From Clostridia bacterium (GTDB taxonomy: Bacteria > Bacillota > Clostridia > TANB77 > CAG-465), in NCBI GenBank assembly GCA_045536565.1, contig JAZSNU010000009.1, positions 1 to 22,161 on the forward strand: a DNA stretch of 22,161 nt. Direction: 5' to 3'. Below are positions 1 through 8,502 of the stretch, one piece after another. The translations under genes were made by a program, and so were the position numbers. Numbering within the stretch: the first letter of the stretch is position 1; every line of letters begins with the position of its first letter. The notes beneath the pieces are model-generated. The model was not told the origin of the DNA. It was given only the letters and a program-made list of their open reading frames with translations, and did no database searches.

Positions 1-2
1 GT

Positions 3-762
<760 letters not shown>

Positions 763-1680
763 ATGATTAGACTTGTTATAATAAATCCTTATTCTGGAAA
801 CAGAAGGGGAGAAAAATATGCAAAGACAATAAAAAAAGTGTTTGATAATTTGCAAAAAGAAAATAATTTAAAAGATGATATATTTATAGAATATACTGAA
901 TATGTAGGACATGCCTTAGAAATTGCAACTGAGTATTCGATAAAGTATAAAGAAGAAAATATAGTTATATACATTGTAGGTGGAGACGGAACTGTTTCAG
1001 AAGTTGCAGCAGCTATAAAAAACAAAGAAAATATATCTATTCTTGTAATTCCCAAAGGTACCGGTAACGACTTTGCAAGAGCAACAAATTCATATAGAAG
1101 TATAAGAAAAATAATTAAAAAGAGCATGGAAAGCAAGCCTACAAAAGTAGATACCATTGATATAAATCATAAAGTGTCAGCTAATATGGTAAATGTGGGA
1201 TTAGATGCAGCTATTGGAAACAATGTTAATCATTTTAGAAAAATACCATTTATACCTGGAAGTTTTAAATACAAACTTGCTATCGCATATACTATATTTT
1301 CACCTGTAAAATATAACTTTAAAATTAGAATAGATGGTAAAGTTCAAAAAGGGAAGTATACCTTGGTTGCAATAGGAAATAATAAATATTGTGGTGGTGG
1401 AGTAAATATACTTCCAGATGCAGATATAGAAGATTCAAAACTTAATGTATGTATAGTTAAAAACACAAATCTTGTGCAGAAATTAATATATCTTCCAAAA
1501 CTTATGAAAGGTAAGCATCAAGGTATAAAGTTAATTGAACTTTTAGAATGCAAAAATATTTCGATTGTATCTAACAAAAAATTCCCTATAAGTATAGATG
1601 GAGAAGTAGAGTTTACAAACAAATTAAATGCTAAAATTTCGGAAAAATCATTATCTGTTATAAAAACACTTGACAAATAG
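763..1680 (+). CDS. Diacylglycerol/lipid kinase, YegS/DagK family
   Basis: IINPYSG, GGDGT, PKGTGNDF, GNNKYCGGG and IDGE motifs; ATG directly follows the HIT stop. Confidence 0.9.
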   Translation: MIRLVIINPYSGNRRGEKYAKTIKKVFDNLQKENNLKDDIFIEYTEYVGHALEIATEYSIKYKEENIVIYIVGGDGTVSEVAAAIKNKENISILVIPKGTGNDFARATNSYRSIRKIIKKSMESKPTKVDTIDINHKVSANMVNVGLDAAIGNNVNHFRKIPFIPGSFKYKLAIAYTIFSPVKYNFKIRIDGKVQKGKYTLVAIGNNKYCGGGVNILPDADIEDSKLNVCIVKNTNLVQKLIYLPKLMKGKHQGIKLIELLECKNISIVSNKKFPISIDGEVEFTNKLNAKISEKSLSVIKTLDK

Positions 1681-1698
1681 TATAAAATTAGGTAAAAT
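1670..1698 (+). promoter_or_regulatory. Sigma-A promoter for tRNA-His/tRNA-Gln
   Basis: TTGACA(1670-1675)-17 bp-TAAAAT(1693-1698), overlapping the kinase stop codon. Confidence 0.8.
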
Positions 1699-1709
1699 AC
1701 TTAGTGCGT

Positions 1710-1787
1710 GGTGGATATAGCTCAGTTGGTTAGAGCGCTGGTTTGTGGCACCAGAGGTCATGGGTTCAACTCCCATTATCCACCCCA
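1710..1787 (+). tRNA. tRNA-His (GTG), with encoded G-1 and CCA
   Basis: Acceptor GTGGATA/TATCCAC, D arm GCTC/GAGC, anticodon arm CTGGT-TTGTGGC-ACCAG, T arm ATGGG-TTCAACT-CCCAT, C73, CCA. Confidence 0.97.
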
Positions 1788-1800
1788 CTAAAAAATATAT

Positions 1801-1875
1801 TGGGATGTAGCCAAGCGGTAAGGCACCACACTTTGACTGTGGCATTCGTTGGTTCGAATCCAGCCATCCCAGCCA
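1801..1875 (+). tRNA. tRNA-Gln (TTG)
   Basis: Acceptor TGGGATG/CATCCCA, anticodon arm CCACA-CTTTGAC-TGTGG, T arm GTTGG-TTCGAAT-CCAGC, CCA. Confidence 0.97.
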
Positions 1876-1881
1876 ATATGT

Positions 1882-1914
1882 AAGCTTTGAAGTGATATGC
1901 TTCAGAGCTTTTTT
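1882..1914 (+). terminator. Intrinsic terminator after the tRNA pair
   Basis: AAGCTTTGAAGT-GATAT-GCTTCAGAGCTT (G:U pairs) followed by a T-run. Confidence 0.8.
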
Positions 1915-1923
1915 GTATTTCAC

Positions 1924-1952
1924 TTGCATTTTTATGTATACTATGATATAAT
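1924..1952 (+). promoter_or_regulatory. Sigma-A promoter with extended -10 for the Panacea-like gene
   Basis: TTGCAT-17 bp-TATAAT with TGn extension. Confidence 0.75.
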
Positions 1953-2007
1953 ATTACCGTAGTAAAATATTAAAATAATGCAAATTTGCAGAAAGGGAGA
2001 GTGTGTT

Positions 2008-2514
2008 ATGTTTTTTCGTAAGAAAACCAAAAAACAAAATGATAAAAAACCAGAAATTATACAGTATCCAATTATACAAGGACATATTTTATGCTCCGCA
2101 AGTGAAATAGGAAAATGTATAGTCAATAGATGTTTGGAACTAGGGTATAACATAAATACCATGAAACTAGAAAAGCTTCTCGTATTAGCATATGGTGAAT
2201 ATCTATATAAAACAGGAAAAAAATTGTTTGGAGAAAAAATAGAATTTTGTGACCATGGTGCTATGATACGTGAAGTAGATCATGACTTTTTACGGTATGC
2301 AATAGAATTTGATACGCGTTTTTATGAATGGTATCTCTTGCTAGAGGCACAGGAAAAAGTATTGCATGATATAGTTCGCGATTATGGTCATATGGATGCA
2401 TTTGAAATTAATGATGATCTAATATTAAAAAGATTAAAAGAGTATAAAAATCAGGATGGATTTATATCTGATGAAGATATTCTGAAAGTATTTGAAAAAT
2501 TTCATGTGTGTTAA
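2008..2514 (+). CDS. Panacea/SocA/GepA (DUF4065) antitoxin-like protein, divergent
   Basis: SASEIGKCIV..INTMKLEKLLVLAYGEYL..GKKLFGEKIEFCDHG resembles the DUF4065 core (LKLQKLLY..G.PLF...EAW..GPV); later YGHMDAFEI and ISDEDILKVF. ATG 2008 follows RBS AAGGGAG, so it is preferred over 1978. Confidence 0.72.
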   Translation: MFFRKKTKKQNDKKPEIIQYPIIQGHILCSASEIGKCIVNRCLELGYNINTMKLEKLLVLAYGEYLYKTGKKLFGEKIEFCDHGAMIREVDHDFLRYAIEFDTRFYEWYLLLEAQEKVLHDIVRDYGHMDAFEINDDLILKRLKEYKNQDGFISDEDILKVFEKFHVC

Positions 2515-2517
2515 GTA

Positions 2518-2553
2518 TAAAAGCTTTGGAATTAAATTATTCCAAAGCTTTTA
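2518..2553. terminator. Intrinsic terminator (bidirectional-type)
   Basis: Perfect 15-bp inverted repeat TAAAAGCTTTGGAAT-TAAATT-ATTCCAAAGCTTTTA. Confidence 0.85.
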
Positions 2554-2586
2554 ATCATTTATATGAGTTCATGTTTTTTTACCAAA

Positions 2587-2615
2587 TTGACATTTATGTT
2601 AAATTAAGGTATAAT
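2587..2615 (+). promoter_or_regulatory. Perfect consensus sigma-A promoter
   Basis: TTGACA(2587-2592)-17 bp-TATAAT(2610-2615). Confidence 0.85.
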
Positions 2616-2665
2616 AACCGCATAAATTTAAAATAGTTCTAAGAAAAATTTCGAGGAGGATATAG

Positions 2666-3577
2666 ATGAAAGAAGTTAAAAAAATAAAATCAAAGTACTG
2701 CACGAAGGACAAAGTACAAATAATGTTTTCAAATGCTACAAGGCAAATTATATGTTCAAAGGATGGTTATTTATATTTAAGAGATGGTGATGACTGTGAA
2801 GTTGTTCATAAATATTTAGATGACCCAATTAGAAGAAAAATGCCATATAAAAATAAACCATCATCTGAGTATCATGCTACACATCTTTTAAAATATAATC
2901 AAATATATGCTAAATTTACAAATAGAAGAGCAATGAATCCTAATCATTTTAGTTTGATGAGTTCACTAGGATATCACTTTACATTTCTATACATGATTAA
3001 AAACAAGAAAAAAGAAGCAATATTCGTAGAACTAACCTTAGATGAATTTGAGGCAAAAGAAGAAATATTTGAAAATCTTACTAAAAAAGATGTACAGGAT
3101 TTTTTGTATAAAGCAACTGGATTTGATGGTAAATATGTTTTTGAACGGTATAGAGGTATTCAATATGCAAAGTCATATAAGGAAAAGGTAAGCATAAAAG
3201 AAAATTTTATTGACCTATCTGATGAAGCGATAATAGATAAGTATAATAAAATAAAATATTCTGAGCCTATAATGCTTGTTCCAGGTTTTAATCGAGAAGA
3301 AATACGCAAGATAAATGAGGAACAGAAAGCAAAGACAATTGATGATGTAAAAGAGTTTAAAATGACAGAGAGTACATCGTGGTTTGGTAATTGTACTTGC
3401 TATATGCTTATTGTAAAAGGCGACGAAATGTATGTATATGAGTTTGACATTATATATGTTTCAAAGAATTGTTTTAAAATTATAAGTAAAACAAGAAATA
3501 TTAGAATATCAAAAGAGATGGAACAAGAGATACTCAAAATGCGTGATATTGAGTATACAACAGATCCAAACATATAA
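2666..3577 (+). CDS. Hypothetical protein (303 aa, soluble, no family recognised)
   Basis: Long ORF with strong RBS GAGGAGG and its own promoter; no motif recognised. Confidence 0.85.
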   Translation: MKEVKKIKSKYCTKDKVQIMFSNATRQIICSKDGYLYLRDGDDCEVVHKYLDDPIRRKMPYKNKPSSEYHATHLLKYNQIYAKFTNRRAMNPNHFSLMSSLGYHFTFLYMIKNKKKEAIFVELTLDEFEAKEEIFENLTKKDVQDFLYKATGFDGKYVFERYRGIQYAKSYKEKVSIKENFIDLSDEAIIDKYNKIKYSEPIMLVPGFNREEIRKINEEQKAKTIDDVKEFKMTESTSWFGNCTCYMLIVKGDEMYVYEFDIIYVSKNCFKIISKTRNIRISKEMEQEILKMRDIEYTTDPNI

Positions 3578-3597
3578 TTTTTAGGAGGAATATAATT

Positions 3598-4713
3598 ATG
3601 AATCAAGAATTAGCGAGAATAGTAGAAAATTTTAAGGTGCCTGGAAACCTAATTTCTATTGAAGAAAATTCACAGGGAAACATTAATAGCACATATTTGC
3701 TAAATTTTAAAGATGGCGAGAGCAACAAAAGATATTTGTTACAAAAAATTAACAGCTATGTATTTAAAGAACCTCATCTAGTGGTAAAAAATATTGAACT
3801 TGTTACTCAGCATGTAAAAAGCAAAATAGATGAAGAGCAGAGTACTCTTAACTTTGTGCGAACAATTGATGATGAATTAATCTATACACATTTAAATCAG
3901 TATAACGAAAAAGAATATTACAGAATATATGAATATATATATGGTTGTAAATCTTTTGATAATCTAAATGTTTGTGAAAATCCTGAATTTGTAGCATATA
4001 GTGCGGGTAAATGTTATGGTTCGTTTCATAAGTATTTAACTGATTTTCCAGCAAGTTTTTTAGCTGAAATAATACCTAATTTTCATAATACACCTAAAAG
4101 ATATAACGATTTGTTATTGGCAATAGAGAATGGAAATATTATAAGAGCAAATCAAAGTTCAGAAGAAATAGTTTATCTTTTGTCAAAAAGGAAAAATTAT
4201 TCTTTAATATGGGAAAATTTGGGTAGAAGCATTCCTATGAGAGTTACTCATAATGATACTAAACTAAATAATGTTCTTATGAATAAAGAGACCGGAAAAG
4301 GAGTTGCGGTAATTGACCTTGATACTGTGATGCCGGGTTCTATATTGTTTGATGTTGGAGATGGTATAAGGTCAGCTTGTTCTAATTCATTTGAAGATGA
4401 ACTTGATAAAGATAAAATCTTTTTAAATATGGATTATACTAAGGCATATATCAAGGGATATTTAGAAGAAATGGCTCCTTATCTAACAAAATCCGAGGTT
4501 AACTATATAGGTCTTTCAATAGCAACATTAACTTACGAATTAGCATTAAGATTTTTAACAGATTATATTAACAACGATGTGTATTTTAAAGTCAAGTACA
4601 AGACACATAACTATGATAGATTTATGAATCAATTTGTACTTTTGAAGGATATTGAATCAAAGATTGATGAAATAAACGATTTTGTAAAAACAGTATATAA
4701 ACAATTAAAATAA
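3598..4713 (+). CDS. APH-superfamily kinase, N-acetylhexosamine 1-kinase (NahK/LnpB)-like
   Basis: GNINSTY, YLLQKIN, IPNFHNTPKRY, RVTHNDTKLNNVL and VIDLDTVMPG motifs; RBS AGGAGG. Confidence 0.85.
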   Translation: MNQELARIVENFKVPGNLISIEENSQGNINSTYLLNFKDGESNKRYLLQKINSYVFKEPHLVVKNIELVTQHVKSKIDEEQSTLNFVRTIDDELIYTHLNQYNEKEYYRIYEYIYGCKSFDNLNVCENPEFVAYSAGKCYGSFHKYLTDFPASFLAEIIPNFHNTPKRYNDLLLAIENGNIIRANQSSEEIVYLLSKRKNYSLIWENLGRSIPMRVTHNDTKLNNVLMNKETGKGVAVIDLDTVMPGSILFDVGDGIRSACSNSFEDELDKDKIFLNMDYTKAYIKGYLEEMAPYLTKSEVNYIGLSIATLTYELALRFLTDYINNDVYFKVKYKTHNYDRFMNQFVLLKDIESKIDEINDFVKTVYKQLK

Positions 4714-4718
4714 CATGT

Positions 4719-4746
4719 AAAGATGGTCAATATGGCCATCTTTTTT
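4719..4746 (+). terminator. Intrinsic terminator
   Basis: AAAGATGGTCA-ATA-TGGCCATCTTT plus T-run. Confidence 0.8.
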
Positions 4747-4809
4747 CTGCTTTAAAATAATTATGAATTATATGTGATTTATACCATATACATAGTATAT
4801 GGTGATAAT

Positions 4810-5754
4810 ATGAAAAGATTGAAAGTAGATAGTCATGCAGATACTATTCAGTATTGTTATGATAAAGAACTAGGGTTGGATAATATAAATCTAAGTTTTA
4901 ATGTAAAAGATGTATTAGAATATTTACCATACATTCAGTGTCTTTCGTGCTTTGTGCATGATAAATATTTAAATAAAGGGTATGAAAGAGTAAATCAAAT
5001 ATTGGATTACTATAATATACAGTTGTTAAAAAATAAAGATATAATGTACACAATTACATCTAAAAACGATATTTGTAAAGTAATTGAAAATAACATGCTT
5101 GGTGTAATATTAACAGTAGAAAATGGAGTAGCAATAGATAATAATATAGATAATATATATAACCTTTATGAAAAAGGTATAAGGATGATGACACTTACTT
5201 GGAATGGGGATAATCAGCTTGGTTGTGGCACAATTACTAAATGTGATAATGGACTTACCAGTTTTGGAAAAACATGTATAAATAAAATGAATAATATTAA
5301 TATGATAATAGATATATCGCATGCTTCAACAAAAACATTCTGGGACACAATAGTTATTAGTAATAAACCAATAATTGCCTCACATTCAAATGTATATACA
5401 CTGTGCAAACACAAAAGAAATTTAACAGATATACAGATAAAAGAAATTGCAAAAAATAACGGATTAATTGGTGTAAATTATTGTAGTGATTTTTTGGTTT
5501 GTAATAAAAAAGCAACTATACAAGATGTTGTAAATCATATAGTATACATTAGTAATTTAATAGGAACAGAATATGTGTGTTTGGGAAGTGATTTTGATGG
5601 TGTAGATAAAAATAGATTACCAGAAAATTTAAAAGGAGTAAAAGATATAACCAAGTTAGAAGAATGTATGTTATATAATGGGTTTAGTAAAGAGGAAATT
5701 CAAAATATTATGGGAGATAATATGAAAAAATTTTTAATAAACAATTTGAATTAA
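4810..5754 (+). CDS. Membrane/renal-type dipeptidase (peptidase M19)
   Basis: DSHADT (HxD), LTVENG, LTWNGDN, DISHAS, ASHSN, RNLTD and GSDFDG; ATG 4810 after GGTGA preferred over GTG 4774. Confidence 0.92.
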   Translation: MKRLKVDSHADTIQYCYDKELGLDNINLSFNVKDVLEYLPYIQCLSCFVHDKYLNKGYERVNQILDYYNIQLLKNKDIMYTITSKNDICKVIENNMLGVILTVENGVAIDNNIDNIYNLYEKGIRMMTLTWNGDNQLGCGTITKCDNGLTSFGKTCINKMNNINMIIDISHASTKTFWDTIVISNKPIIASHSNVYTLCKHKRNLTDIQIKEIAKNNGLIGVNYCSDFLVCNKKATIQDVVNHIVYISNLIGTEYVCLGSDFDGVDKNRLPENLKGVKDITKLEECMLYNGFSKEEIQNIMGDNMKKFLINNLN

Positions 5755-5767
5755 AATAGTTATATTA

Positions 5768-5796
5768 TTGAAAAACAATAATTAAAATAGTATAAT
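5768..5796 (+). promoter_or_regulatory. Sigma-A promoter for tRNA-Gln(CTG)
   Basis: TTGAAA-17 bp-TATAAT, 10 nt upstream of the tRNA. Confidence 0.8.
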
Positions 5797-5806
5797 ATAT
5801 GTGTAT

Positions 5807-5881
5807 TGGGATATCGCCAAGTGGTAAGGCATCGGATTCTGATTCCGACATTCCTAGGTTCGAATCCTAGTATCCCAGCCA
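5807..5881 (+). tRNA. tRNA-Gln (CTG)
   Basis: Acceptor TGGGATA/TATCCCA, anticodon arm TCGGA-TTCTGAT-TCCGA, T arm CTAGG-TTCGAAT-CCTAG, CCA. Confidence 0.97.
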
Positions 5882-5888
5882 TATATTA

Positions 5889-5921
5889 AAAATGCTACAC
5901 AATTTATGTGTAGTATTTTTT
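5889..5921 (+). terminator. Intrinsic terminator after tRNA-Gln(CTG)
   Basis: AAAATGCTACACA-ATTTA-TGTGTAGTATTTT plus T-run. Confidence 0.8.
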
Positions 5922-6025
5922 GTGTATTCTTATTTGAATTTTTTTAAAATATATAATATAATACTGCTTAGGCATAATGTATGAAAAATAGAGTGTAAGT
6001 ATATAATAACTTGTGGGAGGAAAAT

Positions 6026-7141
6026 ATGAAAGTATTAATATTATATGCAAAAGCAGGAAATGGACATTTTAAAGCTGCTGAGGCTGTTAAAGAAAAATTA
6101 GAAAAAGAATATAAAAATGTAGAAGTTATATTTGAAGATGGATTAGAGTATTCTAGTAGAATTGCAAATAAAATAGTTGTAAAAGGGTACGCAAATATGA
6201 CAAAGTTAGCACCTAACATGTGGGGAAGCATATATTCAAAAGCAGATACACAAGAAAGAACAGTTTTAAATGAAGTGTCTAAACTTATACATAAAGGGTT
6301 AACAATAAGACTTAAAAAGTTATTAAGAGAAACTAAACCTGATGTCATATTTTCAACACATCCATTTATTTCTAAAATATGTGCATATCTAAAAAAGAAA
6401 AATAAAACAAGTGCAAAATTAGTAACATTAATAACTGATTATGAAGTTCATAATATATGGCTAGAAGATCATATGTATCACGATAAATTATTAGTAGCAA
6501 CAGAAGAGATGCAAGATGACTGTATAAAATATGGGATAGATAAAGAAAAGATATGCGTTACAGGAATACCTACATCACCTGAATTTGAAAAGAAATATAA
6601 TAGAGAAGAAACTTTGAAAAAATATGACTTAGAGGATAAATTAACTTTCTTGTTTTTTGCAGGAGGCGGGCAAGGAATAGGACAATCAAAATACATATTT
6701 GAAGAGTTATTAGATATAGATGGAGATTTCCAAATTGTTGCAGTATCTGGTAAAAATGAAAAACAAAAACAACAGTTTGAAGCTATGGTAAAAAACTGTG
6801 ATAAAAAAGTAGTGGTACTTGGTTATACAAATGATGTACCTGCTTTAATGAATATGTGTGATTTTGTAATATCAAAGCCTGGTGGACTTACATCAACAGA
6901 ATGCTTGGTTATGAATAAACCTTTGCTTATCATTAATCCTATACCTGGGCAAGAGGAGCAAAATGCAATATATTTTACTAATAATGGAACAGCAATAAGG
7001 GCTTATGATGATGAACCTATATCACATCAAATAAATACACTGATTAAGAATAAGGTAAGAGTAGAGCAAATGAAAAAAATGTGTAAATTGATAGCAAAAC
7101 CAAATGCTACCAGTAGCATAGTAAAAGTAATAATTGAATAA
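6026..7141 (+). CDS. Diacylglycerol glycosyltransferase (MGDG synthase/UgtP family, GT28)
   Basis: AKAGNGHFKAA, PDVIFSTHP, LITDY, VTGIP, KPGGLTSTE and PIPGQEEQNA; ATG 6026 after RBS GGGAGG. Confidence 0.92.
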   Translation: MKVLILYAKAGNGHFKAAEAVKEKLEKEYKNVEVIFEDGLEYSSRIANKIVVKGYANMTKLAPNMWGSIYSKADTQERTVLNEVSKLIHKGLTIRLKKLLRETKPDVIFSTHPFISKICAYLKKKNKTSAKLVTLITDYEVHNIWLEDHMYHDKLLVATEEMQDDCIKYGIDKEKICVTGIPTSPEFEKKYNREETLKKYDLEDKLTFLFFAGGGQGIGQSKYIFEELLDIDGDFQIVAVSGKNEKQKQQFEAMVKNCDKKVVVLGYTNDVPALMNMCDFVISKPGGLTSTECLVMNKPLLIINPIPGQEEQNAIYFTNNGTAIRAYDDEPISHQINTLIKNKVRVEQMKKMCKLIAKPNATSSIVKVIIE

Positions 7142-7147
7142 AAAATG

Positions 7148-7189
7148 AAAGAGAAATAGTTAATACATAGCTATTTCTCTTTATTTTTT
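7148..7189 (+). terminator. Intrinsic terminator
   Basis: AAAGAGAAATAGTTA-ATACA-TAGCTATTTCTCTTT plus T-rich tail. Confidence 0.85.
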
Positions 7190-7219
7190 GAATAAATATT
7201 GCTTAGTTTGTAAATAATA
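7190..7219 (+). promoter_or_regulatory. Putative forespore sigma-G/F promoter for sod
   Basis: GAATA-18 bp-AATAATA matches the GHATR-N17/18-MAWAMTA consensus; weak evidence in an AT-rich background. Confidence 0.4.
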
Positions 7220-7245
7220 TTTATATAATTTTAGGAGGTAATAAT

Positions 7246-7899
7246 ATGAAAGAAACAATTGATAATATTTTAAATCAAACATATCCATTTAGTGCTATTC
7301 CAATGCCAATACCGTTTAATGAGTGTGAGCCAAATGTATGCGAGGCAACACTTAAATATCACTATGAATATTTAAAAATGTATGTTAATGATTTAAATAA
7401 ATTGATGGAGGAAAATGAAGGGTATAAAAGTTGGACTCTAAAAAAAATATTAACTAATTATACACAAATACCACTTGATTTAGAAGATGAATTTATTGAA
7501 AATGCAGGTGGGATATTTAACCATGAGGCTATATTTTCCGTGCTTTGTAAACCACTTTGCAAAGAAATAAAAGGAAAATTGGCAGATGATTTGGTAAGTA
7601 GTTTTGGCTCAATTGAAGAATTTAAAACTGAGATAAAAAATGCAGCATTAGATGTTATAGGGGTGGGGTATACATGTTTAGTAATAGACGAAAATGGTGA
7701 ACTTGCTATAACAAATGTTGAAAATCAAGAAAACCCAATAATGTATGGTATGAAACCAATATTTATGATAGATATGTGGGAACATGCATATTATTTGGAT
7801 ACTAATGTTGATAGATCAAAATATATAGATACACAATTTTGTATAATTGATTGGGATAAGATTGAAAAGTTATATGATGATTATCTAAAAGAAATGTAA
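7246..7899 (+). CDS. sod: Fe/Mn superoxide dismutase family protein (divergent)
   Basis: YHY..YVNDLN, NAGGIFNH, FGSIEEFK, NQENP and DMWEHAYY; four metal ligands present; RBS AGGAGGT. Confidence 0.9.
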   Translation: MKETIDNILNQTYPFSAIPMPIPFNECEPNVCEATLKYHYEYLKMYVNDLNKLMEENEGYKSWTLKKILTNYTQIPLDLEDEFIENAGGIFNHEAIFSVLCKPLCKEIKGKLADDLVSSFGSIEEFKTEIKNAALDVIGVGYTCLVIDENGELAITNVENQENPIMYGMKPIFMIDMWEHAYYLDTNVDRSKYIDTQFCIIDWDKIEKLYDDYLKEM

Positions 7900-7902
7900 T
7901 AT

Positions 7903-7949
7903 ATAAAAAGATATATGGTTAGAAATTTTCTAACCATATATCTTTTTAT
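7903..7949. terminator. Bidirectional terminator between convergent genes
   Basis: Perfect 23-bp inverted repeat ATAAAAAGATATATGGTTAGAAA-T-TTTCTAACCATATATCTTTTTAT. Confidence 0.88.
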
Positions 7950-8004
7950 GAAGGAGTGATTTTTTCTGAGCCTAATGCTCAAATCTTACAAGAATCTATA
8001 TTAT

Positions 8005-8421
8005 TTACATTGAGTATTCGTATGTGCCATCATGCATCATAAACTGATACAAAATTCCGTCTGGTCTAAGATATCTTAAATTAACTTCTTCTTGAGGTGA
8101 TGTAATGTCATCTTTGTTAAAGTCAATTTCGCAAAGTCTTAATATTGCACAAAGATCAGTAGGACCAGATCCGTTAAAACCAGCAGCTAAATTAAGATAT
8201 ATTACAACACCAGATGATAAATAAATACGAACAGGTGCATCTGCCGCGTCACCGGTACTTGTGTTATAATTTATCGTAATGAGTTTTATATCATCAACAT
8301 CAACTACTTTTGAATCAACTAACTTTTTAAACCGGTCTAGAATCATGTAACTTGAACCTTTTAGATGCATAAAAACATCCATTGAAACCTTTTGTATTTT
8401 TTCTAAATTAATGTTATCCAT
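8005..8421 (-). CDS. Hypothetical protein (138 aa) with a GFNGSGPxxL motif
   Basis: ATG at 8421 (MDNINLEK) preceded by RBS GGAGGT and its own promoter; the ORF-track extension to 8502 runs through that promoter. Confidence 0.8.
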   Translation of the reverse strand: MDNINLEKIQKVSMDVFMHLKGSSYMILDRFKKLVDSKVVDVDDIKLITINYNTSTGDAADAPVRIYLSSGVVIYLNLAAGFNGSGPTDLCAILRLCEIDFNKDDITSPQEEVNLRYLRPDGILYQFMMHDGTYEYSM

Positions 8422-8473
8422 TTTATACCTCCAAAACCATTTGTTTCTGAATATACTTTTTACAACTATTAAC

Positions 8474-8502
8474 ATTATACCACATTTATGTAAACAATGC
8501 AA
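8474..8502 (-). promoter_or_regulatory. Sigma-A promoter with extended -10
   Basis: Minus strand TTGCAT-17 bp-TATAAT with TGn extension. Confidence 0.75.

Noticed and set aside
1651-1929. 92-aa minus-strand ORF
   Set aside because: It is the antisense of two tRNAs, a typical artefact.
1801-5881. Genomic island bounded by att repeats at the two tRNA-Gln genes (shared GGTTCGAATCC and ATCCCAGCCA)
   Set aside because: Both are complete isoacceptors with different anticodons and their own promoters and terminators; no integrase and no partial tRNA duplicate was found.
5991-6002. 12-mer GAGTGTAAGTAT repeated at 21821-21832
   Set aside because: Exact 12-mer matches are expected by chance in 22 kb of AT-rich DNA, and the positions relative to the promoters differ.
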